59,133 nt of DNA, taken from a virus. Its lineage: Duplodnaviria; Caudoviricetes. A program made the translations under genes and the position numbers. Shown here in pieces: positions 7,544-16,915 of the stretch; within the stretch, counting starts at the first letter, position 1; the number at the start of each line of letters is the position of its first letter. The notes below the pieces were generated by a model. The model had not been told where the DNA came from and searched no databases. It saw only the letters and a program-made list of their open reading frames with translations. The DNA lies in IMG/VR virus record IMGVR_UViG_3300037336_000152, positions 1-59,133 of that record. One strand, given 5' to 3'.

Positions 7544-8943
7544 GTAGCGTTAGTCTACCAGAATACGAAAGATTCATTAAAAGCAAGTTATCTGCCGACA
7601 TTCCGACCGGATTTGATGCAGATGTACCAGTCGGCCCGCTGTTCGATTTTCAAGCCGCTTGCGTCAAGTGGGCTTTGAAGAGGGGTCGCGCCGCGCTGTT
7701 TCTTGATACCGGCTTGGGAAAAACCGCATGTCAAGTCACTTGGGCGCAGATGGTCAGCGATCACACGGGCGGCAACGTCATCATTGCCGCTCCGCTATGC
7801 GTGGCGCAACAGACCGTCGAGGAAGCCGCGAAGTTTGGAATCGTCGTCAAATACTGCCGATCGGATGAGGAAGTCGAGCCGGGCATCACGATCACAAATT
7901 ACGAAATGCTGGAGCACTTCGACCTGGAATCGTTCGCAGGGGTGGTCCTGGATGAATCCAGCATCCTCAAGAGCCACACCAGCAAAACGCGCGAATACAT
8001 CGCGACAGCTTTTAAGCAGACGCCCTATAAGCTGTCCTGCACCGCTACACCATCGCCAAACGACTATATCGAGCTTGGCAATCAGGCCGACTTCCTCGGC
8101 GTGATGAGCGCACAGGAAATGCTGGCGACGTTCTTTACTCATGATGGCGGCGACACGTCAAAATGGCGATTGAAGGGCCACGGGAAGGTGCGGTTTTGGG
8201 AATGGATGGCGTCATGGGCAATCTGCATTCGCAACCCTGCTGACCTCGGCTTTGACGGATCGCGCTACGAATTGCCGCCGATGCATCTGGTGGAGCACGT
8301 TGTCTCGGGCGGCGAACTGATGGAAGGGCAGTTGTTCGCATTGACAGCGCAGTCGTTGACCGAGCGCCGCGAGGCCAAGCGGAACAGCATGGCCGACCGG
8401 ATCGCACTCGCGGCCAGGATCGCCACGGAAGCAGATGGCCCGGTAATCGTCTGGTGCCACATGAACGAGGAAAGTGAGCGCCTCGCAAAAGCGATCCCTG
8501 GCGCGGTCGAGGTAACAGGATCGATGACTATCGATCAGAAGACGAAGAACGTCATGGCTTTTACTCATGGCGAGGCGCGCGTGCTGGTCAGCAAGGCTTC
8601 AATCTGCGGGTTCGGCATGAACTGGCAGCACTGCAAAACCATGATTTTCGCCGGTATGGACGACTCATTCGAGAAGTACTACCAGGCCGTGCGCCGCTGC
8701 TACCGATTCGGACAAAAAAGCTCCGTGACTGTCCACATCATCACGGCTGAGACTGAGGGCGCAGTCAAGGCAAACATCGAGCGCAAGCAGGCACAAGCGA
8801 ACCTGATGGCCGGGCAGATGGTCGCGCACATGCGCGCAGTCACGCGCAGTCAGATCATCGGCGCCAAGAGCAATACCGAATCCTACAACCCTACCGTGCC
8901 GATGATTATTCCGGCATGGATTATCGCCAACATCGAGAAATGA
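7540..8943 (+). CDS. SNF2/DEAD-like helicase
   Basis: DTGLGKT, LDESS, TATP, QAVRRCYRFGQ. Confidence 0.9.
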   Translation: MSSVSLPEYERFIKSKLSADIPTGFDADVPVGPLFDFQAACVKWALKRGRAALFLDTGLGKTACQVTWAQMVSDHTGGNVIIAAPLCVAQQTVEEAAKFGIVVKYCRSDEEVEPGITITNYEMLEHFDLESFAGVVLDESSILKSHTSKTREYIATAFKQTPYKLSCTATPSPNDYIELGNQADFLGVMSAQEMLATFFTHDGGDTSKWRLKGHGKVRFWEWMASWAICIRNPADLGFDGSRYELPPMHLVEHVVSGGELMEGQLFALTAQSLTERREAKRNSMADRIALAARIATEADGPVIVWCHMNEESERLAKAIPGAVEVTGSMTIDQKTKNVMAFTHGEARVLVSKASICGFGMNWQHCKTMIFAGMDDSFEKYYQAVRRCYRFGQKSSVTVHIITAETEGAVKANIERKQAQANLMAGQMVAHMRAVTRSQIIGAKSNTESYNPTVPMIIPAWIIANIEK

Positions 8944-9848
8944 CCATGACCAACGTACTCAATCAAGAAGTAACCGATAAATTCGCGCTGTTCAATGCCG
9001 ATTGCGTCGATGTATGCAAGACCCTGCCATCCGATTCTATCGATTTTTCAGTCTACTCGCCGCCGTTCGAGTCGCTGTATGTATTCAGCAACAGCGAGAG
9101 GGATATGGGCAATTCCGCATCAAGCGAGGATTTCTGGACCCATTACCGCTACCTGATCGCCGAAATGTACCGGGCCATGAAACCCGGCCGGCTGGTGGCA
9201 ATCCATGCAATGCAACTGCCGACATCCAAGGTTCGGGATGGCTATATCGGGTTGAAAGACTTCCGCGGCGAGATTATCCGGGCCCACCAGCAGGCCGGAT
9301 TCATTTATCACAGCGAGGTCTGCATTTGGAAAGATCCGGTTGTCGCAATGCAGCGCACAAAGGCGCTCGGCCTGCTGTACAAGCAGGTGCGCAAAGATTC
9401 GGCCATGAGCCGTCAAGGTATTGCGGACTACCTTATCGTGGTTCGCAAACCTGGAGAAAACCCCGATCCTGTCACGCATACGCACGATAGCCTAACTGTA
9501 GACACCTGGCAGCGCTATGCCTCTCCGGTATGGATGGATATCAAGCAATCAATGACGCTGCAATACATGAGCGCCCGAGAAAGTGACGACGAAAGGCACA
9601 TTTCGCCGCTTCAGCTCCAAGTGATCGAGCGCGCCATAGACCTCTGGACGAAGCCCGGCGATCTGGTCTTTACTCCATTTTTGGGCATCGGGTCCGAGGC
9701 ATATGTGGCTCTGCAAATGGGACGCCGCGCATGCGGGTCGGAGTTGAAGCGATCGTATTTCGAGCTGGCCGTGCGCAACTGTCGCGAGGCGCAGTCCGGG
9801 GTCGACGGCGACCTGTTCGCCGCCATCGACGCGGAAGCGGAGGCCTGA
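8940..9848 (+). CDS. N4/N6 DNA methyltransferase (beta class)
   Basis: YSPPF catalytic motif; VFTPFLGIGSE SAM-binding motif. Confidence 0.9.
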   Translation: MTMTNVLNQEVTDKFALFNADCVDVCKTLPSDSIDFSVYSPPFESLYVFSNSERDMGNSASSEDFWTHYRYLIAEMYRAMKPGRLVAIHAMQLPTSKVRDGYIGLKDFRGEIIRAHQQAGFIYHSEVCIWKDPVVAMQRTKALGLLYKQVRKDSAMSRQGIADYLIVVRKPGENPDPVTHTHDSLTVDTWQRYASPVWMDIKQSMTLQYMSARESDDERHISPLQLQVIERAIDLWTKPGDLVFTPFLGIGSEAYVALQMGRRACGSELKRSYFELAVRNCREAQSGVDGDLFAAIDAEAEA

Positions 9849-10019
9849 CGTGCTTACCTACGAAGTTTTCGGGCCTATGAACGGCCAATGGTGCGCCGGC
9901 TGCCGCACGCCTGGCGCTGCTCATGTCATCACTATGGGCGAGCCTTGCGGGACGGCTGCGAGGGCGCGCGAGGATGCGACTGTCGAAAATCGCATGCTGT
10001 GCGGGCCGGGGAGGGGCCG

Positions 10020-10880
10020 GTGAACTACTTTCCCCACCACATCGGCGATTTCGACCGGGCTACGCGCCATCTGACCCGGGTCGAGCGCAGCATCTACCGC
10101 GATTTGATTGATGTGTACTACGACTCGGAGTGCGCGCTGCCGCTGGACGTGGCCGCGCTATGTCGGAAGGTCGTGGCGCGCACCGAGGAAGAGAAAGCTG
10201 CAGTCCTGGCCGTGCTCGATGAATTCTTCCACGAGACACCAACTGGCTGGTTCCATGATCGCTGCGAGGAGGAATTGGCGGAATATCGCAAGAAGTCATC
10301 GCAGGCTTCATCTGCCGGCAAAGCGTCATCACTGGCCAGGGCCGAGCGCCGGAATGCGGCAATGCGCGCTAACTCTAGCGAAAACCAACGGGAATCCAAC
10401 GACCGTGGTACGTCCGTTGAACATCCGTTGAACGACCGTGGTACGGGAGCCCAACAGAACGTCAACGAACTCGCAACCAACCAAGAACCAATAACCAATA
10501 ACCATAAACCAAAAACCAAAGAATCAAAAACTAACACTGCCCCATTCTCCGCCGTGGGCTATTTGACCGATGCTGGCGTAACTCCCCAAACAGCGGCCGA
10601 CTGGCTAAAGCTCCGAAAGGCCAAAAAAGCCCCAGCCACACAGACCGCGCTCGACACCGTGAAGCGCGAGGCCGAGAAAGCAGGGCTGACCCTTGATGGC
10701 GCATTGACAATTTGTTGCTCGCGGGGCTGGCAGGGCTTCAAAGCGGAATGGGTTACGCGCGCGCCGGATCGTCTAACACCCGGCGCCCCGACCGACCTTG
10801 CCGCGATCCAACGCGCCGCAAACGCCGAGGCCAAGCGCCGCCTCGGCATCGGACAGCCGGGGGTCATCGATGCGCGCTGA
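10020..10880 (+). CDS. YdaU/DUF1376 replication initiator
   Basis: MNYFPHHIGDF..ATRHL...E..IY..L.D.YY; C-terminal RGWQGFKAEW. Confidence 0.85.
   Translation: MNYFPHHIGDFDRATRHLTRVERSIYRDLIDVYYDSECALPLDVAALCRKVVARTEEEKAAVLAVLDEFFHETPTGWFHDRCEEELAEYRKKSSQASSAGKASSLARAERRNAAMRANSSENQRESNDRGTSVEHPLNDRGTGAQQNVNELATNQEPITNNHKPKTKESKTNTAPFSAVGYLTDAGVTPQTAADWLKLRKAKKAPATQTALDTVKREAEKAGLTLDGALTICCSRGWQGFKAEWVTRAPDRLTPGAPTDLAAIQRAANAEAKRRLGIGQPGVIDAR
10398..10535. other. Putative replication origin (iterons plus A-rich tract) inside initiator gene
   Basis: AACGACCGTGGTACG at 10398 and 10431, CCGTTGAAC repeats, then AACCAAT-rich tract. Confidence 0.6.
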
Positions 10881-11622
10881 CGACTTCGACGACTTCGCCC
10901 AGCTGTTGGACGACGCTTACGACCTGATCGGCTCGGGTTCGAACAAAGCCATCAGCGGCGGCGCCAAGAGCCTATTCTTCGCTGCCATGGCGTCGTACTC
11001 GCTCGCTCAATTTCGCGCCGCTCTGAGCGCGCATTGCCTCGACAGGGCCAGAGGGCGATTCACGCCGAAGCCGGCCGACATCATCGAGCAGATCGAGGCT
11101 TCCGCCCTGAACGACGGACGGCCTGGCGCCGAGGAAGCCTGGGCTATTGCGCTGACCAGCCGTGACGAGGCCGACACCGTGGTTTGGACTGCGGAATGCG
11201 CTGCAGCGTTCTCCGTTTGCGGGCCGGTGCTAGGCCTTGGTGATGAGGTGGGCGCGCGCATGGCGTTTAAGGACGCATACGGGCGCCTTGTCGCTGCCGC
11301 TCGCGCTGATCGCCGGCCTGCCGCGTGGAGCGTGTCGGCCGGCTGGGACACGCTGCGCAGGAATGCCGCTCTGCTGCGCGCCGTGACCGCTGGCCTACTG
11401 CCCGCGCCAGTCGCCCCGCTCCTGGCCGCGCCGGAAGGGCAGGGCGCCGACGACCGAGCCCGCGAGCAACTGGCAGAAATCAAGCGCCGGCTGGTCGAAG
11501 GCGCCGAGGCAAAGCAGCGCGCGATCGACGCGGCATCTGACTCCCGCATCCAGTCCGAGGCCGACATCACGCGAGGCATCGCCGGCCAGGTCGAGGCGTA
11601 CTGCAAAGGTGAATCGACATGA
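10870..11622 (+). CDS. Replication accessory protein (lambda P position)
   Basis: GRFTPKPADII...DGRPGAEEAW...VVWT..GARMAFKDAY; follows initiator. Confidence 0.7.
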   Translation: MRADDFDDFAQLLDDAYDLIGSGSNKAISGGAKSLFFAAMASYSLAQFRAALSAHCLDRARGRFTPKPADIIEQIEASALNDGRPGAEEAWAIALTSRDEADTVVWTAECAAAFSVCGPVLGLGDEVGARMAFKDAYGRLVAAARADRRPAAWSVSAGWDTLRRNAALLRAVTAGLLPAPVAPLLAAPEGQGADDRAREQLAEIKRRLVEGAEAKQRAIDAASDSRIQSEADITRGIAGQVEAYCKGEST

Positions 11623-11737
11623 TCCACGCAACCCACCAATCCCGATTCGGCGCGCTCGGCGGTATTGCCATTCAACGACCGGAGACGACACGCTGCCCGC
11701 GTTCATCCGGTGTTTTTAACACCATGAAGGGACTGCA

Positions 11738-11959
11738 ATGAAAAACGAACCGCATGACAATATCAATCATCCGAAGCACTACACGAACCATGCGAGCGGC
11801 GTGGAGTGCATCGCAATTGCCGAGCACATGAGTTTCAATCTTGGGAATGCAATCAAATACCTCTGGCGTGCGGACGAGAAGGGGGCCCCGATTGATGATT
11901 TACGCAAGGCGGCCTGGTACATCGAGCGTGAGATTGCCAAGAGGGGAAAATTGCTGTGA
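11738..11959 (+). CDS. DUF3310 protein (T7 gp1.7-like)
   Basis: DNINHPKHY...ECI...FNLGNAIKYLWRA..K...DDLRKAAWY. Confidence 0.9.
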   Translation: MKNEPHDNINHPKHYTNHASGVECIAIAEHMSFNLGNAIKYLWRADEKGAPIDDLRKAAWYIEREIAKRGKLL

Positions 11960-12321
11960 TCGAATTCACCATCCCATTTCCGAGCGCCAAGCTCAACCCA
12001 AACCAGAGTAAGGGTATGCACTGGGCTGCCACGTCGAAACTGCGCAAAGACGCGCGCCAGTTCGCATTCATGCAAGCCCGGCAAGTCTGCTGCGGAAAGG
12101 CCCTGTTTGGCGACTCCGGCGACGTTGCTATATCCGTAACATTTGTCATGCCCGACCGGCGCGCGCGGGACCGGGACAACCTGCTCGCGGCGTTGAAGCC
12201 TTCGCTTGACGGCGTGGCCGAGGCGATCGGGGTCAACGACTCGCGATTCGAGCCCATCACCATTCGGCGCGAGTTTGGCACCCGGCCCGGCCTGGTGCGC
12301 ATCCTGATCGGCGCGCCATGA
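11956..12321 (+). CDS. rusA: RusA-like Holliday junction resolvase
   Basis: PDRRARDRDNLLAALKPSLDGVAEAIGVND. Confidence 0.8.
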   Translation: MIEFTIPFPSAKLNPNQSKGMHWAATSKLRKDARQFAFMQARQVCCGKALFGDSGDVAISVTFVMPDRRARDRDNLLAALKPSLDGVAEAIGVNDSRFEPITIRREFGTRPGLVRILIGAP

Positions 12322-12731
12322 GCAAGCGTAAAAAATACGTCCCTAAGCCCTGCATCCTCCCGCTCGGTATGCGCAGGGCCGGGCAAATGGAAATGCCAGG
12401 ATATGCCGCATCGCTGGCACTCGGCACGGACTGGCTTGTCGAGCAGCATATCTACGACCTGCTATCGAATGCCGACATGACGCGCCGTATCGCGCCTGTT
12501 GGCCATCCGATACTGGCGACCGCTCAGGGCATGGTAGAGGCGATTGCAGAGATCCAGGGGCGGCATGTGAGCACTGGAAGGCTTGGCGTCACTGGCGACG
12601 ATTTACGAGTGTTGCGCGAGGGAGTAGGGCGCACGATGGACTATTTGCGCAGCGTGTCGAATGTGTCGATTGATCGGGCGGCTAGATCGGCGCTGGCTGA
12701 ATTCGATAAAATCGGAGTGCTCCGGGTATGA
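12318..12731 (+). CDS. Hypothetical protein
   Basis: Coupled ORF in nin-like region. Confidence 0.65.
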   Translation: MSKRKKYVPKPCILPLGMRRAGQMEMPGYAASLALGTDWLVEQHIYDLLSNADMTRRIAPVGHPILATAQGMVEAIAEIQGRHVSTGRLGVTGDDLRVLREGVGRTMDYLRSVSNVSIDRAARSALAEFDKIGVLRV

Positions 12732-12919
12732 GCGATCAGACTATCAGTAAAGCCGAATTGCTAGCAATCCACCTGTACCGCCAGGGCAAGCCGAAGGACT
12801 ACGCGCAGCCGAAGCAGTCGTATTTCAATCCGGCCGACAAGGTGCGTTTTCAGGTGGAGATTGACGATCGCGAGCGGGGCAGGGCGCGACGGGATAGTTT
12901 GAGGGGAAATAGGACGTAA
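12728..12919 (+). CDS. Hypothetical protein
   Basis: ATGA-coupled ORF. Confidence 0.5.
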   Translation: MSDQTISKAELLAIHLYRQGKPKDYAQPKQSYFNPADKVRFQVEIDDRERGRARRDSLRGNRT

Positions 12920-12966
12920 CGGGAAGCTGCGCACCGAACAGCGCAGCAACATATGGAGCTTTCAGA

Positions 12967-13233
12967 ATGACATTACCAATCAATCAAATCGCAACTTTTG
13001 GCGACGCTCGCCGCATGATCCTCGACACCATTTTAGAACTTCGCAATGGGAATATGGATGTAAATCGAGGCATGGTAATTGCGGCAAACATGAAGGTGTT
13101 GAACGACTCAGTGCAAGTTGAGATCAATGCCGCCAAAACGGCTATTCTCGCTCAAAAAGAGGGGCACAACTTCGGCAGGGTCGTCGGCATGGGTCAAAAG
13201 TTCATTGGCAACGCCGAGGGCCAAGGAGAATGA
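12967..13233 (+). CDS. Hypothetical protein (AT-richer insert)
   Basis: GGAG RBS; coupled to next ORF. Confidence 0.65.
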   Translation: MTLPINQIATFGDARRMILDTILELRNGNMDVNRGMVIAANMKVLNDSVQVEINAAKTAILAQKEGHNFGRVVGMGQKFIGNAEGQGE

Positions 13234-13886
13234 TTTTCCAAATAGACGACCCGGTCTTGGCCTTCGAGGTTCGGCGGGTCATTGACGAGTTCAACCGTAA
13301 AAATGCCGAAGCCGCGAGTATCGCGAGCATGAGCTACCCGGATCGCATGGCATCTTTTCTTGCACGCTTCTATATGCAAGATGAATTGGTCGGACGGATA
13401 GATTGGTACAAAGATATCCCTTTATTCGCCACCTTCCCACCGCAAGAATTGGAGAAATTTTTTTGCAAGGGCGAGCCAGTTCCCTGCCTCATGCGTGGGT
13501 CGATTAGTATGATGAAAAAGCGGCGCTCACCGATGTACTCATTGGCATGCGATGTTTTGAGACGGTTTATCAGAAGTAAAAAATACAATTGCACTAATAG
13601 TGATGAGTGGGTTGAGCTTTGTCGATCATATGCTGGCGACGCAGTAATTAATAGGATACGGGAAAAGTGGGACTCATCAGGGAAACATAACTTTTACACC
13701 TTTGCGCTGACGCTTGTGTCACGGGAATATTACGGCGGAGTCAGAAGCGTCTTGATTGAAGGAGAGAAGTCGTATTTTTCGGCAGAGAAAATCAAGCTTC
13801 TAGATGCTTTACGCGCACAAGAATCTAAGTTGAAAAAACTTGAAGTCACATTCGCAAAATTAACGGACAAGCGAAGCCCCGACTAG
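13230..13886 (+). CDS. Hypothetical protein (AT-richer insert)
   Basis: GGAGA RBS; 218-aa ORF. Confidence 0.65.
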   Translation: MIFQIDDPVLAFEVRRVIDEFNRKNAEAASIASMSYPDRMASFLARFYMQDELVGRIDWYKDIPLFATFPPQELEKFFCKGEPVPCLMRGSISMMKKRRSPMYSLACDVLRRFIRSKKYNCTNSDEWVELCRSYAGDAVINRIREKWDSSGKHNFYTFALTLVSREYYGGVRSVLIEGEKSYFSAEKIKLLDALRAQESKLKKLEVTFAKLTDKRSPD

Positions 13887-14047
13887 CACCGCACGCGGGT
13901 CGATCGCAACCCAAGTTGATCCGTTATTTTGATCGATCAACATGGCGCATCACGCGCACGATCCATCCTTTGCTGGCGCTGCCGGTGTCCCGGTAGGTGG
14001 ATGGCGCGGCATTTGCGCGGCATTATGGCGGCATTACACCTCAGCCA

Positions 14048-14095
14048 TCAGTTCTCAGTTCTCAGTTCTCAGTTTCCATTTTGTCAGTTCTCAGT
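14048..14095 (+). repeat. Heptamer tandem repeat TCAGTTC
   Basis: TCAGTTC x3 + TCAGTTT, then TCAGTTC TCAGT. Confidence 0.85.
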
Positions 14096-14128
14096 GATGG
14101 CAAAAAATCTAGACTTTCGGGAATATTT

Positions 14129-14593
14129 ATGATAGCATCGCGCAGGCTACTTTTGATGGGGCAAGAAATGGGAGCAGCAGACAGCAGTTTTTTTGGATCA
14201 AAAATTTTGCGACGTGTGCGCCTGGACGCGCCGACTACGGGTTTCGTCAGGCCCGATGGGCTGGAATATTGCCTCGATTGCTGGAAATCATGGATGCGAG
14301 GCGACCCCGATAGAGACATGGGCGTAGTAACGATGCGCGGATTGACTGGAGACGACTCCCGCAACATCGACTCAGGGGAGGCGCAGCAGGATAACGATAA
14401 TCGGATCGGCGCAGCAACCGATGCGGCAATATCCGACCTATCAGTGATGCATGGGTGGGCGATCAAGCGGGCATGCAGCATTGCGAGCGTCTGGCGATTC
14501 CCGAGCGCAAATTTCATTGAGGTCGCAGCCGAGGCCAGGGAAGAATTGACAAAAAAGTTAAAGAAAAACATTTGCACATCGGTGCTTTTCTGA
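14129..14593 (+). CDS. Q-like late antiterminator (start uncertain)
   Basis: LDCWKSWM...ATDAAISDL...WAI; last early gene, followed by promoter and terminator. Confidence 0.65.
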   Translation: MIASRRLLLMGQEMGAADSSFFGSKILRRVRLDAPTTGFVRPDGLEYCLDCWKSWMRGDPDRDMGVVTMRGLTGDDSRNIDSGEAQQDNDNRIGAATDAAISDLSVMHGWAIKRACSIASVWRFPSANFIEVAAEAREELTKKLKKNICTSVLF

Positions 14594-14601
14594 TATATTA
14601 T
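14572..14601 (+). promoter_or_regulatory. Late promoter pR'-like
   Basis: TTGCAC...TATATT/TATTAT at the end of the Q-like gene. Confidence 0.55.
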
Positions 14602-14669
14602 TGCTCATAGGGCGATTTTTCACGCCTAAAAATATGTAGTCACCCCGCAAATAGCGCGGGACAAACCCA

Positions 14670-14698
14670 GAAAGCCGCCTCTTAAAGGTGGCTTTTTT
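14670..14698 (+). terminator. tR'-like intrinsic terminator
   Basis: AAAGCCGCCT-CTTAA-AGGTGGCTTT + T tract. Confidence 0.75.
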
Positions 14699-15232
14699 GC
14701 ATTGCAGCGCCACCTTATGAGGCCAGCATGCCCCACGTCATACATACCAAGCGCCGGCCATTCATTTGTCGGATGTGGAATTCATATGCCGGCTGGCGCG
14801 CGATATACGGCCGGTGGGACTCGATCAAAGCTGCTTGGTGGATTGCGAGGCTGTGATGGCATCAACTAACAAACCGAATAAGCAGGCGGTCCGTGATTAC
14901 ATGGACAGCCGCACGCACGAAGAAGACCCGCCGCCGACGCTCGAGGAAATTCGGCGCCAGCTAGGGTGGCATCTGGTCCAGGGTGGCTGGCCGATGCCGG
15001 AGGTGCCAGACTGACGCCTCGCTGGGCGGAAGGCCGCGCAAGCCGGGACGGATGCCGGTCACCACAACTATTTAACGCCTCGAGTCCAGCCGGATAGCGG
15101 GGCATTCCGAATTCATCCGCTGTGAAGTGCTGAATATGGCATGACATTCCTAAGCCGGTATTCACCGGGCCGCAAGGTGCGAGTCAAGCTATTTCAATGT
15201 AGGGCGGCGCCTCCGGGTGTCGCCCTTTTCTT

Positions 15233-15760
15233 TTGGCGGGGATGGAAATGGAAAGCATCACAATAGTCAACACGAGTATCCGGCAGGACCAGGATGGCCG
15301 GTTCTGCCTTAACGATCTGCACCGCGCCGCTGTTGCCCAAGGCAAGGCGACGAAGCATCACCGCCCGGGCGAGTTTATGCGACGCGATGATACTAAGCGC
15401 CTGGTAACTGCCATAAAAAAGAGATGCGCGAATACCCGCATCACTCCTGTGGCAATTATTAAGGGCAACACCCCGGGCGTCACGCAGGGCACATTTGTGG
15501 CAAAGGCACTCGTTTATGCCTACGCCATGTGGATAGACGCCGACTTTCACTTGGACGTGATCGAGGCCTTTGACCGCGGGCAGCACGACCAGCGCAACCT
15601 CTGGCAGCAGATGCAATCCCTGATCGCCAAGGAAGTCCGATCACAAGTCCGCGCCTCGTTCGGCTCGCGCCTGATGCTGGACCGGAAGCGCGAGCTACCA
15701 AGCCTGCGCGATGAGCGAGCCTTGCTTGAGTCTGCCATCCAGCCATCGCTATTGAACTAA
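15233..15760 (+). CDS. KilA-N domain protein
   Basis: IRQDQDGRFCLNDLHRA...P..F...QGTFV...LVYAYAMWI...F. Confidence 0.85.
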   Translation: MAGMEMESITIVNTSIRQDQDGRFCLNDLHRAAVAQGKATKHHRPGEFMRRDDTKRLVTAIKKRCANTRITPVAIIKGNTPGVTQGTFVAKALVYAYAMWIDADFHLDVIEAFDRGQHDQRNLWQQMQSLIAKEVRSQVRASFGSRLMLDRKRELPSLRDERALLESAIQPSLLN

Positions 15761-15771
15761 AGCCGAAAGCC

Positions 15772-15960
15772 ATGATGCACATCGACTACTACCGCGACCT
15801 GATCATCCGAGCAGTCGCAGAGGACGAAAGCATGCTCGATTCCATTGCATCTACGCTATTTGCTAGCACCGATGCGCTGTCAATCCTGCGCGCCAAAGGG
15901 TACGGGGTGCATGGAATGCAGATTGATGCCACGGCCCGCCTGGTGCCCGAGGCAGACTAA
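15772..15960 (+). CDS. Hypothetical protein
   Basis: Short ORF with plausible composition. Confidence 0.5.
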   Translation: MMHIDYYRDLIIRAVAEDESMLDSIASTLFASTDALSILRAKGYGVHGMQIDATARLVPEAD

Positions 15961-16037
15961 GATCCCCTTCGTCGAGCAATCGGCGGTTGCCGCTGGCCGC
16001 ATTCGTGCGACAGCGGCTTTTTTATTCGAGGTATGAC

Positions 16038-16415
16038 ATGCTGATCAACCTATGGTGCGCGCTGTTCGGGCATGACTGGCAGGTCAATGGTGACGGGCCT
16101 TCGGACATCGGTTCTGAGCGCAACTGCAGGCGCTGCGGGCGTCACTGGCCCGCTATCGTATGGCCTCGCAGCCACGCCACGCCAGGCCAATCAGGCGACA
16201 TCAAGACCCAGGTGATCGCGGCCAGTGTTGGCGACACCATCGTTGTGACATACGAGGGCGCGCTGAGCGCGCATCAACTCGCCAAGGTAGTTGAGAACAT
16301 CAAGCGCTGTATGTCCAGTGGCGTAAAGGTGCTGGTGCTCGACAGTGGCGCCAAGCTCACGCATGTGAAGGTGACAACTGTGCGCCCGCGCCCGGTAATC
16401 CCTCAGCCTAAGTGA
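16038..16415 (+). CDS. Hypothetical protein with DUF1660-like N-terminus
   Basis: LWCALFGHDW...CRRCG; GAGG RBS. Confidence 0.55.
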   Translation: MLINLWCALFGHDWQVNGDGPSDIGSERNCRRCGRHWPAIVWPRSHATPGQSGDIKTQVIAASVGDTIVVTYEGALSAHQLAKVVENIKRCMSSGVKVLVLDSGAKLTHVKVTTVRPRPVIPQPK

Positions 16416-16488
16416 AGCTACAAACCCTAAAGAGCCGCACGATGGATGATGCCAGCAGGGCCGCGGCAATGCTGGTCGAGAAGCAGTA

Positions 16489-16812
16489 ATGGCCTGGTCG
16501 AAGCTGTCGCGCCAAGCGCGGGGATATGGCGCTGCATGGGACCGAGTCCGCAAGCTGGTCATGATCCGCGACTGCGGGCTGTGCCAGGTATGCGAGAGAG
16601 CGGGCAGGCTAGGCGTTGCCGCTCATGCGGTCGATCACATCGTAAGTAAGGCAAAGGCCGAGGCGATGAGGTGGAGCCAGGCGCGCATTGATGATCCGGT
16701 GAATCTTCAGGCAATTTGCGATCCCTGCCATTTGGTTAAGACTGAGGAAGAGCAGGGGAAGAAGCTCAAGCCGAGGGTGACGGTGGGGCCGGATGGCTGG
16801 CCTAGCACGTAG
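16489..16812 (+). CDS. Terminase-associated HNH endonuclease (HK97 gp74-like)
   Basis: RGYGAAW..VR..V..RD..LCQVC...VDHI...NLQAICDPCH..KT. Confidence 0.9.
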   Translation: MAWSKLSRQARGYGAAWDRVRKLVMIRDCGLCQVCERAGRLGVAAHAVDHIVSKAKAEAMRWSQARIDDPVNLQAICDPCHLVKTEEEQGKKLKPRVTVGPDGWPST

Positions 16813-16814
16813 TG

Positions 16815-16830
16815 CTGCATGTTTATACAG
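16815..16830. promoter_or_regulatory. LexA/SOS-box-like site
   Basis: CTGCATGTTTATACAG (one mismatch to CTGT-N8-ACAG), just before a TACAAT -10. Confidence 0.55.
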
Positions 16831-16915
16831 TGCTCAGTTACAATACAAACAGCAAGGCCCGATCAGTGTTGACGCACTGCCGGGCCTCTAATTCATCCAC
16901 TATCTGAGGTAGCAA

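Noticed and set aside
15020-15232. Structured ncRNA upstream of the KilA-N gene
   Set aside because: Some hairpins are present but no recognisable family; needs a covariance search
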